Source: Octopus bimaculoides (lineage: Eukaryota). Taken from it: a stretch of DNA of 64,000 bases. The stretch lies in assembly GCF_001194135.2 (NCBI RefSeq), contig NC_068981.1:100026478-100090477 (forward strand), given 5' to 3'. Under the pieces are notes generated by a model. That model searched no databases, was not told the DNA's origin, and saw only the letters and a list, made by a program, of their open reading frames with translations. Within the stretch, counting starts at the first letter, position 1; the number at the start of each line of letters is the position of its first letter. This document shows positions 25,493 to 37,915 of this stretch, one piece after another. A program made the position numbers and the translations under genes.

Positions 25493-25540
25493 GTCTTACA
25501 GCTGTTTCAGGTATATAAAAGATATCCCATCATCAGAAAC
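25493..25540 (-). ncRNA. minimal type I hammerhead ribozyme candidate (palindromic stem III)
   Basis: Minus strand GTTT-CTGATGA-T-GGGATATCTTTTATATACCT-GAAACAGCTG-TA-AGAC. Confidence 0.7.
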
Positions 25541-26173
25541 AATATGAGAGAGTTAAATAGAAGGAAATAGTAGAGTTCAATATAAGAAGTTATTTTGGAA
25601 AGGAAGAGATATAGGAAGTATAAAGGGAAATATAAGAATAAAATTAAAGATATATGTTGGATGTTAAACTTGCTGTTCCATAATCCAAGGAATGCGTTGT
25701 GTAGAATGGGTAAAAAGGCTTCTTGCCCATGGTATATAAGTTCCAATACGAGTTCATATTTTGTTATTACAAATTACAAATGGATAGTGTACAGGTATTA
25801 ATTGTGTGTGATGTTCATTCAAAGGGATCTTGTAGTACAAATAAAATTTTGAGAATAGAATAGATAAGTATGTTAGGAGGAAGAAAATGGTATTGGTCAA
25901 AGGACTGGGGGAGGAAAGAAAGAGGAAGAGAAAATGAAAAGGGAGTGCCAGATGGTGGTCAAGATATTGTGAGAGGGTGGGGAGAGGAGAGCTATCAGTA
26001 GATAAAAAGAATAGGAAGAGGGATAGGAGGAGGAGATAAGAATGTAAGGAAGGAATATGTGTGAGAAGGGGGAAGTGGGGTGAAATGTCTGAAAGGCACT
26101 AAAGTGGAGGGATAAAGAATGTACATATATATATATAAATATTAATATTTCTAAGTCTCTCTAAAGGAGACTA

Positions 26174-26305
26174 GGACGAATGCTGCTGTTGATTAGTTCC
26201 AAGAGGCCATCGCCTCTAGCTAGCTATGTAACACAAAACTTTGTGTGTCACATAGCTAGCTAGAGACGATGGCTTCTTAGAGCTAATCAATGGAAGCATC
26301 CGTCC
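26174..26305. repeat. 132-bp near-perfect palindrome flanked by TA (hairpin MITE-like)
   Basis: ta|GGACGaatgc...agctagctatgtaacacaaa-ac-tttgtgtgtcacatagctagct...gcatcCGTCC|ta. Confidence 0.9.
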
Positions 26306-26343
26306 TATTTTTCTGGACTGTCATGTTAGCTTGGCGATAACTA

Positions 26344-26344
<1 letters not shown>

Positions 26345-26406
<62 letters not shown>
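26345..26406. repeat. (TA)n microsatellite
   Basis: Directly visible. Confidence 0.95.
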
Positions 26407-26415
<9 letters not shown>

Positions 26416-26539
26416 ATTTGATTTTGACTTAATTTGATCTAGTTTCAGCTCACAAGTTGTGGCTATGTTGCTACATAATTTTACTTCACTAATTCTTTTT
26501 AGAAATTGACATTTGGTGCATGAGGGAGTTTGATGCCAC

Positions 26540-27595
26540 TGCCCTCATCTGCACTTCTGCTGTGAAATTGGTTCATCTGGGACACTTGACAGTAATAGGT
26601 ATAGTTTTGCTTTGAAGACACCTAAATCCACCCCATATAGGTCTCTCAAGTCCTTCTGGAGGATAATGAAAAGCAGTGGGCCTTTAAAGCCCAGGCTGTT
26701 GCAATATCCTGTCCTATATCTTGAGTCTTTGGCACTATGCAGTGGCACCCTGTTCTAACATTAGTGTAACTCTCAATGCCAAAGTTTGGGACAAGTCCCT
26801 CTAGGATCTTCCAGATGTACATTATGGTATATCTTTCCCACCTATGCTCAAAGGAATAGAGTCTCAATCTCTTGAGTCTTTCCCAGTAGCTTATATGCTG
26901 CACAAAGGTTATCTTCTTCGTGTAGCTTCGTTGGATTGCCTCAAGTTCTGCAATTAATTTTACACTGGTCGGTGACCATAGCTGAGGGCAATAGTCAAAA
27001 TGGCTGAGGACAAGTGTCCTCCAGAGGACTATCATAGTTTCCTGATCACTTGTTCTAAAAGTTCTACGAATTCATCTGGTCAACCGTCTGCATTTCATTG
27101 CCAACTTAGCAACATGCACATGGAAGGATGCATCATACTCATGTAAATGCCCAGGTTTCGCACTAACTGTGTCTCTAGGATTGCAATTCCTCCACATCCA
27201 GTGTATTTAATTGGTGCTGCATTTAGTTTTGCATGCTGATAGCACAAGACTTGAAACTTTTCAGCATTAAACTGCATACTATTCTTTTCAGCCCACTTGT
27301 ATATTTCATCCAACTCACATTGTAGGTGCATAGTGTCTTCAGAGTTCTGTATCACCTGTGAAATTTCTGTATCATCTGCATAACTTGTGATCATGACTGT
27401 GTGGCTGAGAGCATGTCTGAGAGGGCCATTATGAACAGTAATGGTCCCAAAACAGTGCCTTACAGAACACCGCTCACTATTTGCGTGTCATTGGAGGTGG
27501 TCTCATTGGCAACTACCACCTGATTTCTATCCTTCAGAAAGTCATGCAGCCATTCTCCCAATTTCCCAACTATGCCAAGACCACAGTTTGTGCAT
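26540..27595 (-). pseudogene. CR1/L2-like LINE reverse transcriptase 3' region
   Basis: GTVLGPLLFIM-like segment, ITSYADDTEI, LVLSHFDYCPQLWSP, SYWERLKRLRLYS..RWERY. Frameshifted and truncated at a gap. Confidence 0.9.
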
Positions 27596-27632
27596 GACAT
27601 TGGAATTCAGAATTTGAATAGAGATTGACACA

Positions 27633-27957
27633 NNNNNNNNNNNNNNNNNNNNNNNNNNNNNNNNNNNNNNNNNNNNNNNNNNNNNNNNNNNNNNNNNNNN
27701 NNNNNNNNNNNNNNNNNNNNNNNNNNNNNNNNNNNNNNNNNNNNNNNNNNNNNNNNNNNNNNNNNNNNNNNNNNNNNNNNNNNNNNNNNNNNNNNNNNNN
27801 NNNNNNNNNNNNNNNNNNNNNNNNNNNNNNNNNNNNNNNNNNNNNNNNNNNNNNNNNNNNNNNNNNNNNNNNNNNNNNNNNNNNNNNNNNNNNNNNNNNN
27901 NNNNNNNNNNNNNNNNNNNNNNNNNNNNNNNNNNNNNNNNNNNNNNNNNNNNNNNNN
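27633..27957. other. assembly gap
   Basis: N run. Confidence 1.
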
Positions 27958-28397
27958 ATATATATACATATATATATAGTTAATTTGAGGAAGTCATATC
28001 CTCTTTTGGGATTATATAATCCAAGGTATTCCACTGGTTTAATCCTTATCATATAATGTGAAAGTCAATGGCATATGTTCAGGATTACTGAAATTATCAA
28101 TATTGAGGGAAAACATAAAGAAAATGGAGGATAAATGGATGTACTTACAAATTTACTTGTATGTTACAAAAAGATGACGTGCTTTTAAAAAATACATTAG
28201 AAATAAATTGTTTGGAAGTTTAAAAGCTCAAAGGAAAATAAATTAAGATAAAAAAGACAAGAAAAACTTACATATATGTTTCAGTTCTATCATGTAGTTG
28301 ATGGGAATTTCCAAGCATCTTGTTTAATGCCAAGAAAGTTACCATATTTTAGATTTATGACACTTATGCATAAAAGCAACAATATATATATATAATC

Positions 28398-28665
28398 CTC
28401 ATTATCAGTTAGCATCTGTCTTCCATTCTGGAATGGGTTGGATGATTTTTCAGGGGCTGATAAACTAGAGGACTGCACCAAGCTTCACTGTAATTTTAGC
28501 ATGCTTTTTATAGCTGGCTGCCCTTCCTAATACCAACCACTTTACAGAGTGGACAGAGCACTTTTTATATGCCATCAGTACCAGCAATGTCTGCTTGGCA
28601 CAGTTTATATGGCTGGATGCTTTTCCTAATGCCAAGCCCTTTACATAGTGGACTGGGTGCTTTGA
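28398..28665 (-). mobile_element. RTE-type 3' tail with an internal duplication
   Basis: The ggctgg(c/a)tgc..ttcctaat.ccaa..c.cttt.ca.agtggac block occurs twice, at about 28510 and 28610. Confidence 0.65.
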
Positions 28666-28684
28666 ATATATATATTTATATAAC

Positions 28685-29000
28685 ACTCCGTTGGTTATGG
28701 AAATGAGGGTCCCAGCTGATACGATCAACAGAACAGCTTGCTCATGAAAATAAAGTGCAAGTGGCTGAGCACTCCACAGACATGTGTACCCTTAACGTAG
28801 TTCTCAGGGAGATTCAGCATGACACAGAGTGTGACAAGGCTGGCCCTTTGAAATACAGGTACTTCTCATTTTTGCCAGCTGAGTGGACTGGAGCTAAGTG
28901 AAATAAAGTATCTTGCTCAAGGACACAATGCGTCACTGGGAATTGAGCTCATGACCTTATGATCATCAGCCAAATGCCCTAACCACTAAGCCATGTGCCT
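28685..29000 (-). mobile_element. SINE family C, near full length
   Basis: Minus-strand head ggcacatggcttagtggttagggc...gagctcaattcccagtg (A/B-box-like), then tgtgtccttgagcaaga. Confidence 0.9.
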
Positions 29001-30034
29001 TCATATATATATGTTTTTGTACAGCTTTCATAACATCAGCATTATTGATTTTGTAAATGTAAATATTTTTTCATTATAGGAACAACTGTTTTAAGCTGGA
29101 TATTTTGTTTACCACTAATCTCTAAGTTAGAACCTGTAAACCACCAGGTAAAGGCTACAGCAAGTAAAACCATGTGCCTTGCACAGAGCCCCATTACAAG
29201 AATTGTGTTATTTAACTCTTGAATCATGTGGAAAATAATCTAATACCTTAGCTTGACAGGTCATAGTGACTCAATGTGCAAATGCTAAAGTAAAATTAGG
29301 GCTTACTAAAATATATATTACATTGATTAGAAAAGGGGTATAGGTGATTGCATTTTCTAGAATTCAGTCTATTACAAGTAGTTATTAATTGGTATTAGAA
29401 TATTGAGGGCAATCCAGTATTAGTCGCAGCAAAGCTGGTGCCAAACTGCATTGGAACTAGCTCATATTGTAAACACTGTAATTCTACCAGTATTACAGAA
29501 AAGAAAACTGATGCATAAGTAATTACCAGTCTTCTAATTAAACTTGCTTTCATTTGCATTCTAAGTGTTCTTTTCGGACACAAATTCATAGTTGTTGAAG
29601 TTGAAGGATGTTTATGGATAAAAATGTTATTTATCTACAAAAGCTAACATTCACAAAGATTTTGTTGTAAAAAGTTTCAACAATCACAATGCCTCTCCTC
29701 AGAATTCTAAGTTAATTCATTTGACAAGGCAAATGGTTTCATATTTATTAGAAATTGAATTGGTACCATTGTCTCTCCTCCTCAAGTAATACATTTGGCC
29801 TTTCTGCCCAATACCACCCCTGGTTCTATCATATAAACCTACCATTTTAAAAAGATCTAAGCTGAAACCTTGCATCAAAATTTCATGTTAATTTATGTTC
29901 CAAATAGCGGCTCAATAATGGTAAAGTTATTTTACTAAATTCTTCAACTATTTCAAACAAAGACAGCATATTTTAACAAATATATGGTAACAAAAGTGTT
30001 ATAACTTCTAATTTAAGAAGAAAGACATCTTTTA

Positions 30035-30385
30035 TCTTTTACTTGTTTCCATCATTGGACTACAACCATACTGGGGCACTAGCTTGAGGGGTTTAATTGA
30101 AGAATTCATCCTCATTACTTATATTATTCAAGTTTGGTTACTTATTCTATCAGTCTCTTTTTAATGAAATACTAAGTTACGGGGTATGTAAACAAACCTA
30201 CACCAGCTGTCAAAGCAATGGAAGGAGACAAAACACACACACTTAAGATGGGATTCTTTCAGTTTCCCTCTACCAAATCCTTTCACATGGCTTTGCTCAA
30301 CCTAGGGCTTTAGTAGAAGTTACTTTTCCAAGGTGCCATGCAGTGGGACTGAACTTGAAATCATGTGGTTGGGAAGCAAACTGCT
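30035..30385 (-). mobile_element. SINE family B
   Basis: Reverse complement of ttgcttcccaaccacatg...agtcccactgcatggcacc through the tgaaacaagtaaaag tail. Confidence 0.85.
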
Positions 30386-30898
30386 CAATACACAATCTTG
30401 CCTACAATACATACATACATAAAAAAGGCATATGAAATAATATGATTCTCATCCATTTTTTTTTAATGGAATTAAATGTATGTGTGTGGATTAGCATTGA
30501 CCTAGAATCATAAAGAAGTTACAAAACAATATTATTAGATTACGATTGCAGCCCTAGCATTTCAAAATTACATATATATATTAATAGTGAATTAATATAT
30601 ATTGCAACTAAACCTCAATACTACTAAATACAAATCACAAAATAGCATGGTAGTAACAAACATCAATATTTTCATTAAATATTCATTATATATCCGTTCA
30701 CCAATTAAAAAAATTATGTTTACATCACTTTAAAATATATAAACGAACAGCAGAATTGTAAACTGAAAATTGGAGATAAAATCTATAATTTAATATTAAT
30801 GAACTTGTCTACAATTTGGCACCTTTCAATGCTCAATGAAAATTTATGATTACCAGACTAAAAGAAATAAATACCGGTATGTGTATGAATGAACATTT

Positions 30899-30899
<1 letters not shown>

Positions 30900-30933
<34 letters not shown>

Positions 30934-30998
30934 TTGTGTGTATGTATATGTGTGTGTATGTGTGTATTTGTGTGTGTGTGTATATATATATATATATG

Positions 30999-31046
<48 letters not shown>
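30900..31046. repeat. compound (TG)n/(TA)n microsatellite
   Basis: Directly visible. Confidence 0.95.
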
Positions 31047-31051
<5 letters not shown>

Positions 31052-31184
31052 TAGATTCAAGGTGAATATGGTACTTAAGTTTAGGCACCAGAATTAAGTA
31101 CGGTAATGTTCACAATGCTTAAGTAAATGGAGTCGCATGAAACGATCATACTGCATTAACTTTGGATATCCTTGTTGCTTATTA

Positions 31185-32095
31185 TGTTTTCGTTTCTAAT
31201 TGTGTTTAACGTTTTCTTGTGATGTCCTGTACCCATATATGCATGTATGTATACATATAGATGTAGATATGTACATATATGCATGGATATATGCATATAT
31301 TTATATATTATTTATATTATTATATGATCGAACGCCACGCATCCTTTTCCAAGTAAGTTTTATCTTAATAATTTACTATGCGCACTCTACTACTATTACT
31401 TCGCTGTCTATCTCTCTCCCTCTCTTGTTCTTCCTCCTTTCTGTTTTTCTCTCCCACCCTTTCCCTATTCTTCTCTTCCTTTCACCGTTCCCTCTCTCTC
31501 TCTTCCTCCTTGACCCTCTCTTCCTCCTTGACCCTCTCGTCACTGACACGTGATGAAAGGGATTCTTTCTTTCTATTCGCTGCCTTCCTATAGAGAAGAC
31601 GTGAATTTTCTGTCTCTCATTCACGTCCAACTAGTGTTCAAAATAATTTTTCTATTGTCTTGGCCTAACAGCCCTTACCGTTTCTTTTCACTGTCCTGTT
31701 TTCACTGTCTTGTCTTGTTTTTACTGTCTTGTTCTCACTGTCCTGTCCTTGTTAACACTTTCACACTCCGCAAAAAATTCCAAATTTTATTTAATTTGCT
31801 TTGCGGGAAGGACTGTTCCAACGAAGTTGTGTATTGTCCTTGTCTTCGAAACACGGAGTAGATGGACAGGGACAACTGATGAAGGAGAATATTCTTTATG
31901 TTGCATGTCTCGTTTCTCTGTTTGTTTTTTTCGTTGTTCGAAAAAATGTTCGCTTTATGTTTTCGTTTCTCATTGTGTTTAACGTTTTTTTTTGTGATGT
32001 CCTGTACCCATATATGCATGTATGTATACATATATATGTAGGTATGTACATATATGTATGGATACATGCATATATTCATATATTATTTATATTAT
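31185..32095 (+). mobile_element. unclassified HHR-bearing repeat, direct repeat with 773-bp spacing (Penelope pLTR/retrozyme-like by inference)
   Basis: tgtgtttaacg...gatgtcctgtacccatatatgcatgtatgtatac occurs at 31201 and 31974. Between them lie a CT-rich tract, a hairpin, cactgtc sub-repeats and the HHR-like module. Confidence 0.75.
31827..31888 (+). ncRNA. non-circularly permuted hammerhead ribozyme candidate, intact core
   Basis: TTGTGTA|TTGTCCTTG-TCTTC-GAAACACGG-agtagatgga-CAGGGACAA-CTGATGA-A-GGAGA. All three stems can be paired by hand. Confidence 0.65.
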
Positions 32096-32110
32096 ATATA
32101 TACATAGAGA

Positions 32111-32146
<36 letters not shown>

Positions 32147-35100
32147 TAGAGAGAGAGAGAAAGAGAGAGATACATACATGCATGTACACACATTTACAAT
32201 TAAAAAGACAAAAACAGAATCCAAGGAAGAGAAAAAGAGAATGAGAGAGATTGAGAAGAACAGCAGCTAATATTCATACATAAATGCACGCACACATATT
32301 TATGTCTATATACCTTGACATATTGACATACACACACACACACACACATTGTCATACATATGCACAAAATACAGTGTGTATGTGTATACTTAAGTATACT
32401 TACATTTTCAAATGCATGAAGATATACCTGTATTTAATGTCGCCTAACATACAGAATTAAATAAGATAAAAATAAAAAGATCATAATTTCAAATCCTTTT
32501 CACAATCACTTAAAAACAGGAATTAAAATATTCAAGTTAAAGTATTTGCATGAATAATATTTGAAACATGCTACAATGCAAACTGATATTTAAAGCGTGG
32601 CTACATTTTATATGTTATTTAGATTCCATTGTTATGTGTCATGCATATGTTTCTGTTGAACCCAGTAACCAATTTACTTTGAATTTGAAAATGAAGCCAA
32701 CTTTTTCTGCTAATGCCCCAAAGGAAGGCATGAATATTAAACAATCTCTAACTTTTCACAATAAAATCATGATCATGTTTAAGAAATATTTTGTAGCATT
32801 GAAATCATTTTTATCTTCACCCATTGTTTTGTAGCAAGTATCTTATGGAAGGCAGCTACCACCTAATTTTAATATATTTACTTTCAAGATTTTTTCTGTT
32901 ATGTTTGTTATTCAATTATATATTGCTAAAACATATACAATTTGCACAGGGAACTCATCATGGTAAACTGCTGTTTTGGAATGTAACAGTTTTGAGAACC
33001 AAATCAAATATCTATCTTTGATTCAATGATAGCAAATTAGTAGAAATAGCAAAACATTCAGCAAAGCAGCTTACAGTATTCTATTTTATCCTTCCTGGGG
33101 TCAATTTCACCTTACAATGCTCTAAGATCAATACAATAAGATTTAGTAATATATTGGAATTGACCCAATGAATTGTATTACCTATTCAAAAATAAATATT
33201 CCATTGAGGCATCAAGACTGCATTTAGAAAAAAAAACCCTTTTTAATTTTTTGTAATCCTCTTTGAGAATATGGACATATAGGTTTGCCTTGATTTATGA
33301 TACATGAGGATTTAAAAAAGTCTTAACTAGTACAAGTTCTCTAGATCATTAAATTGCACCAATGAGCAGAAACCTTGCAGAGAGAGCAAAGGGAAATCAC
33401 TCAAATGTATTCACAACTGCATAGTTACATGAACAGAAACTTTTTAATAGTGTCATAAGGGTTTATTACATTATAAGTCATTACTTAATTACCACCACTT
33501 AATATCAGAGTCCAAGGGACATATGCAGCATATAGTTCAGGTTTTATCAAAGAATGGTGACAGGTGTGATTTATTTACAAATTAAGGAACTAGAAGTCAC
33601 TATATAAGAAATATATCCACTGACCTATGCAACCAGAAATTGATTTTTGCCACAACCAGTCACTACATAATGACTTGTTTTGTTTGGATTCATACAAGAT
33701 AACAAATCTAAGATAGTGGTCGTAGGATTGCTTTAAGGTATAGTTCATAAGTCATGCTTGGCCACAATAATGAAATGTTGATGTTGCAAAGATCAACATT
33801 AATTTCATTTCAATAAAGTAGTGAGGACATTTTATTTCATTTAATTCAATCAAACAATTTAGCTATATAACAAATAGTACAAAATTGTACTGGTTTGTAC
33901 TATTTTTACCATTCATTATGTAGCTAAATTTTTGGATTGAATTAAATGAAATCAAATGTCCTTGGCCTATCATCACTAATTGTTTGCCTTTCCTCACTAC
34001 TTTAACCTATACCTACTGATTCAAAGGGAAACCACCATTAACTGCTTTTGAACAAACATTCACACAACCACAACTTCAACTGCTGTTCTAACTGGAATTT
34101 TGATGGCACACAAAACACATTTGAGCACTCAGACCTAAACTCCTCATATATTCTATGATGTATGATGTATTAAAATCATAAATAGTTCCCATATTAGTTC
34201 AGTAGACCACTGTGGTACAGGTTTCTTGCAAAGTTCAACTCCAAATAAACTGATTTAGCGTTCATCCTTTCAGGATGAATAAGCACCAGTATTATACTAA
34301 CATCATTGTACTGAATAACTTTAATTGATTCCATCCTTCTGCTACCCAAAATCTGACTAAAAACACTGAGAGAAATTCTTACTTTCAATTTTCTATCTGA
34401 GTATAATAGACAGAATGAGAAATTTTCATATGAACTGTTCAAAAGATTTTTATAGTAGCTGAATGACCTTTTTAATGCTTATCACTTAATCAGGAAGCCA
34501 AATTTATATCAACTTTTAATGAGGAAAATTGAAGTAACCAAGTAGCTAAAATGCAAAATGACCAAGATACAATTTAAACACATGACTATTCAGTTGATTG
34601 TCAACACTTTATCTTCACAGCTAGTCAGTTTATAATCTCTTTATAAACTCATTACACATTATAAGCTTATCTCATCAAAATGTTCTAACTACTTATGCGT
34701 ATTAGTATGTAATACAACTTGAAATTACAGAATACATTCACTGACACTATATAAAATTATTTGAATGAGAAAATGATACAGCTGATTGCTTATGAAATTA
34801 ATCTTTCACTTAAGTTTTCACATTTTTATGGAAGCAAAAAATGTACCTCAGGGATGTACATGTTTTTTTTATATTAACTAATAGCAATGTATGTGAAGTG
34901 AAATAAGTGCAGTTCAGTGGGTTGCATATTCAGTTAGTACATGACATTACTTTCTACTATGTATGAAGCTAACAATTTCATTATTTTAGCCTTATGGTAG
35001 TAGAGGCAGACTGAGGGCTGTTAATCAAAGGCATTGAAGCCATGACTATCGTATTTTTAGTATCTCAGGGTCTGTACTGCTCAATATATCCTTTATTAAA

Positions 35101-35274
35101 GAAAGTAGGGTGTGATTTGGGGGAGATTCAGCTGTTATTTAAAGTAATTTGGGAGAAAATACAGAGGTTCCCTAGTTGGCTTGCAGAGTAAATGCCTATT
35201 TATATGTTAACCAAGTTTAAGCTTTGAATACTTGAATAATTTAATATTTCATGATCCAATATATCATTTTGGAT

Positions 35275-36125
35275 CTGTTCAGTTTGGCGCACAAATTTTA
35301 AAATGTTTAAAAACTAAACTGTTTGAAACTTCATATACTGGTGGAATTTCTCACTCATAACATGGTTTACTTTGAACATTTTTGACAAAACTTCATATTT
35401 TAGAAGTTATTTCATGTTACAGTTGTTGTATTTAGGTAATTTAGTCAATCAACGACCTGCATTCAGTTGAAGAAATAGACTGCTGTTTGCGATAGTAATC
35501 AAAGAGGAACAACTTCTGGGTCATCTCTACTGAATGTCTCCACTCTGTTTTATTTGTATGTTGAGTGAAGATGATGCCACCTTTATCCATTCTTCCTTTC
35601 TAGTCAGCACCCTACATTCCTTACTCTTTCGCTCCCTACTGGCAGACAGCCACTAGAAACCAGCAAGCGAACTTGTCACTACCACTACAATTACTGTATT
35701 TTCCAGTATATAAGCTGCAATTTTTTTTTACCTGGAAAACTTATAGTAAAATAAAATCATAACAAAAACAATACATCTCACAGTTGTAAAATAAGGCATT
35801 TTGAAACTACATACACATCAACAACAGAAAAGCTAGCTGCAAACCCATAGCTCTATATGTTTACTGGTTACTCTGATGAACCAAACAATAAAAAAAGCAT
35901 GTAATGTGCAACACAGGCAGTAAACAAAAAATAAAATAGAATAGAGTGGTGACATTTAGAGATGACCTGGAAGTTGTTCCTCTTTGATTACTATCACAAA
36001 CAGCAGTAGCTTTCTTCAACTGAATACAACAACTCTAACATGGAATAAATTCCACCAGTATACGAAGTTTCAAACTGTTTGGTTAAAAAATATTAATTAA
36101 AAAACCTGTGAGCCAAATTGAACAG
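35275..36125. mobile_element. long-arm inverted-repeat element (fold-back MITE-like)
   Basis: Left arm 35275 to about 35555 matches the reverse complement of about 35930-36125, e.g. tttgaaacttc.tatactggtggaattt and ctgctgtttg.gatagtaatcaaagaggaacaacttc. Confidence 0.85.
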
Positions 36126-36652
36126 TCATCATTTTTTTATTGAAGAAAATAGAATGTCATCTGAGGAAGATTTAACTGCTATTTCTATTATACTATATAA
36201 CCAAAAAAAAAGGTGTGTACAAATACTCAAATATTTCTAACATCCAATAAAGATCACAGATGTGATTGATCACGCTATGAACACTCAAGCTACTCACAAA
36301 CGTAGTGCTCCCCATGAAGTCATTTTACTCTGGTTTTATCAGCAGATTGAGTCAGAAGTATTCATTCAATGCCATTCAACAAGCGGGAATTAATCACAGC
36401 TACAGAATATAAATTTACAACACATCAGCCAAAAATACTTGTGGCAGATTGTCAGTTATGAACCAAGTACAACAGTTAGTATGAACAAAAAAAATTCACT
36501 ATCTACCTCAGGCTTTCATTTTCATTGACACACAAGGCCAAAATCAATTATCAAACATTTTTATTCTAAGCAGTAAGCAGTATAAGAATGAGTTGCACTT
36601 TTTGGCATATACTTTATGAGACTGCTAATTTAATTTGTAGCATAAATGGATT

Positions 36653-36834
36653 TTAACCCTTTAGCATTTACATTGTTTTGAATTAATCATGTAGTTTTCA
36701 GATTTTGATGAGGTGACTTAATTTTTACAATGATATTGTAGTGTTGGTGTGAGAGGTGACATTTGGACAGTTTGAACATAAAGCGTGTAGAATATTTTGA
36801 CTAGATACAGCTGGTTTAAATGCTAAAAGATTAA
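36653..36834 (-). mobile_element. TTAA-flanked MITE, copy 4 (shorter)
   Basis: ttaaccctttagcattta...ggtttaaatgctaaaagattaa. Confidence 0.8.
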
Positions 36835-37159
36835 GGGAATACTCATTCAGTGAAACTGTAAACTAATCATTTGATAAGACAAGATGATGATACTTCACTT
36901 AGAATACCTACTGTAGTAGAACAAAAGACTAATGAGGTGTTTGTAAGTTTATAAAAAATTCTACAGAGCATCTAGTTCACTAAATGACTGTTGCTTCTAA
37001 GAAGAGTACATGTGCCTTATAACATATCTCATTGTTCACTACTGTAGAGTGATTGGCAGACATCTCCAGTTATACCAGCCAAGATATTCAAACTTTAACC
37101 ATTCACTCACTACAATGCAAAAAATACATCAAAATGTTTTTATTTTCTTTCCAAAATTG

Positions 37160-37915
37160 TTGGACATAAGAAGCATCAGATGTGGTGTGCAAGAGAGACA
37201 ACTTCACTGGTATGGTCATGTGCTGTGTATGGTTGAAGAGAGCTGTGTGAAGAAATGTCACCCCCTAATAGTTGAAGGAACCTGTGGAAGAGAGAGACCC
37301 AGGAAGACATGGGTTGAGGTGGTGAAGCATGACCTTCAAACGTTGGACTTCACAGAGGCAATGACAAGAGACCAAGGCCTCTGGAGATATGCTGTGATTG
37401 AGAAGACCCGGCAAGTAAAGTGAGATCACAGCCATAGCCTATACTAGTGTCGCATAACCAGCCCATTTAAAAAGTACCTGTGAATCGTCAGGCGACACAC
37501 CATGCTTGAGGAGACCAATTGAGTCAAATAAAATCAAAAACAAAAATGGCAATTGTAGTTGTGGCTGATGCCAATGCCACCTGACTGGCTCACATGTTGG
37601 TGGCATGCAATAAGCACCATTTATGCATGGGTCATTGCCAGAGCCACCTGACTGGTTCCCCATGCTGGTGGCACATAAAAAGCACCATCCAAATGAGGCT
37701 GATGCAGTGCCGCCTGAGTGGCTCCTGTGCCAGTGGCATGTAAAAAACACCCACTACACTCTCGGAGTGGTTGGTGTTAGGAAGGGCATCTAGCTGTAGA
37801 AACATTGCCAGATCAGATTGGAGCCTGGTGTGGCCTCCTGGCTTGCCAGTCCCCAGTCAAACTATCCAACCCATGCCAGCATGGAAAATGGACGTTAAAC
37901 GATGATGATGATGAA
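37160..37915 (+). mobile_element. RTE LINE 3' end (ORF C-terminus, 3' UTR and (GAT)n tail)
   Basis: QERQLHWYGHVLCM...GTCGRERPRKTWVEVVKHDL, then a repetitive UTR ending ggacgttaaacgatgatgatg. Confidence 0.9.
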
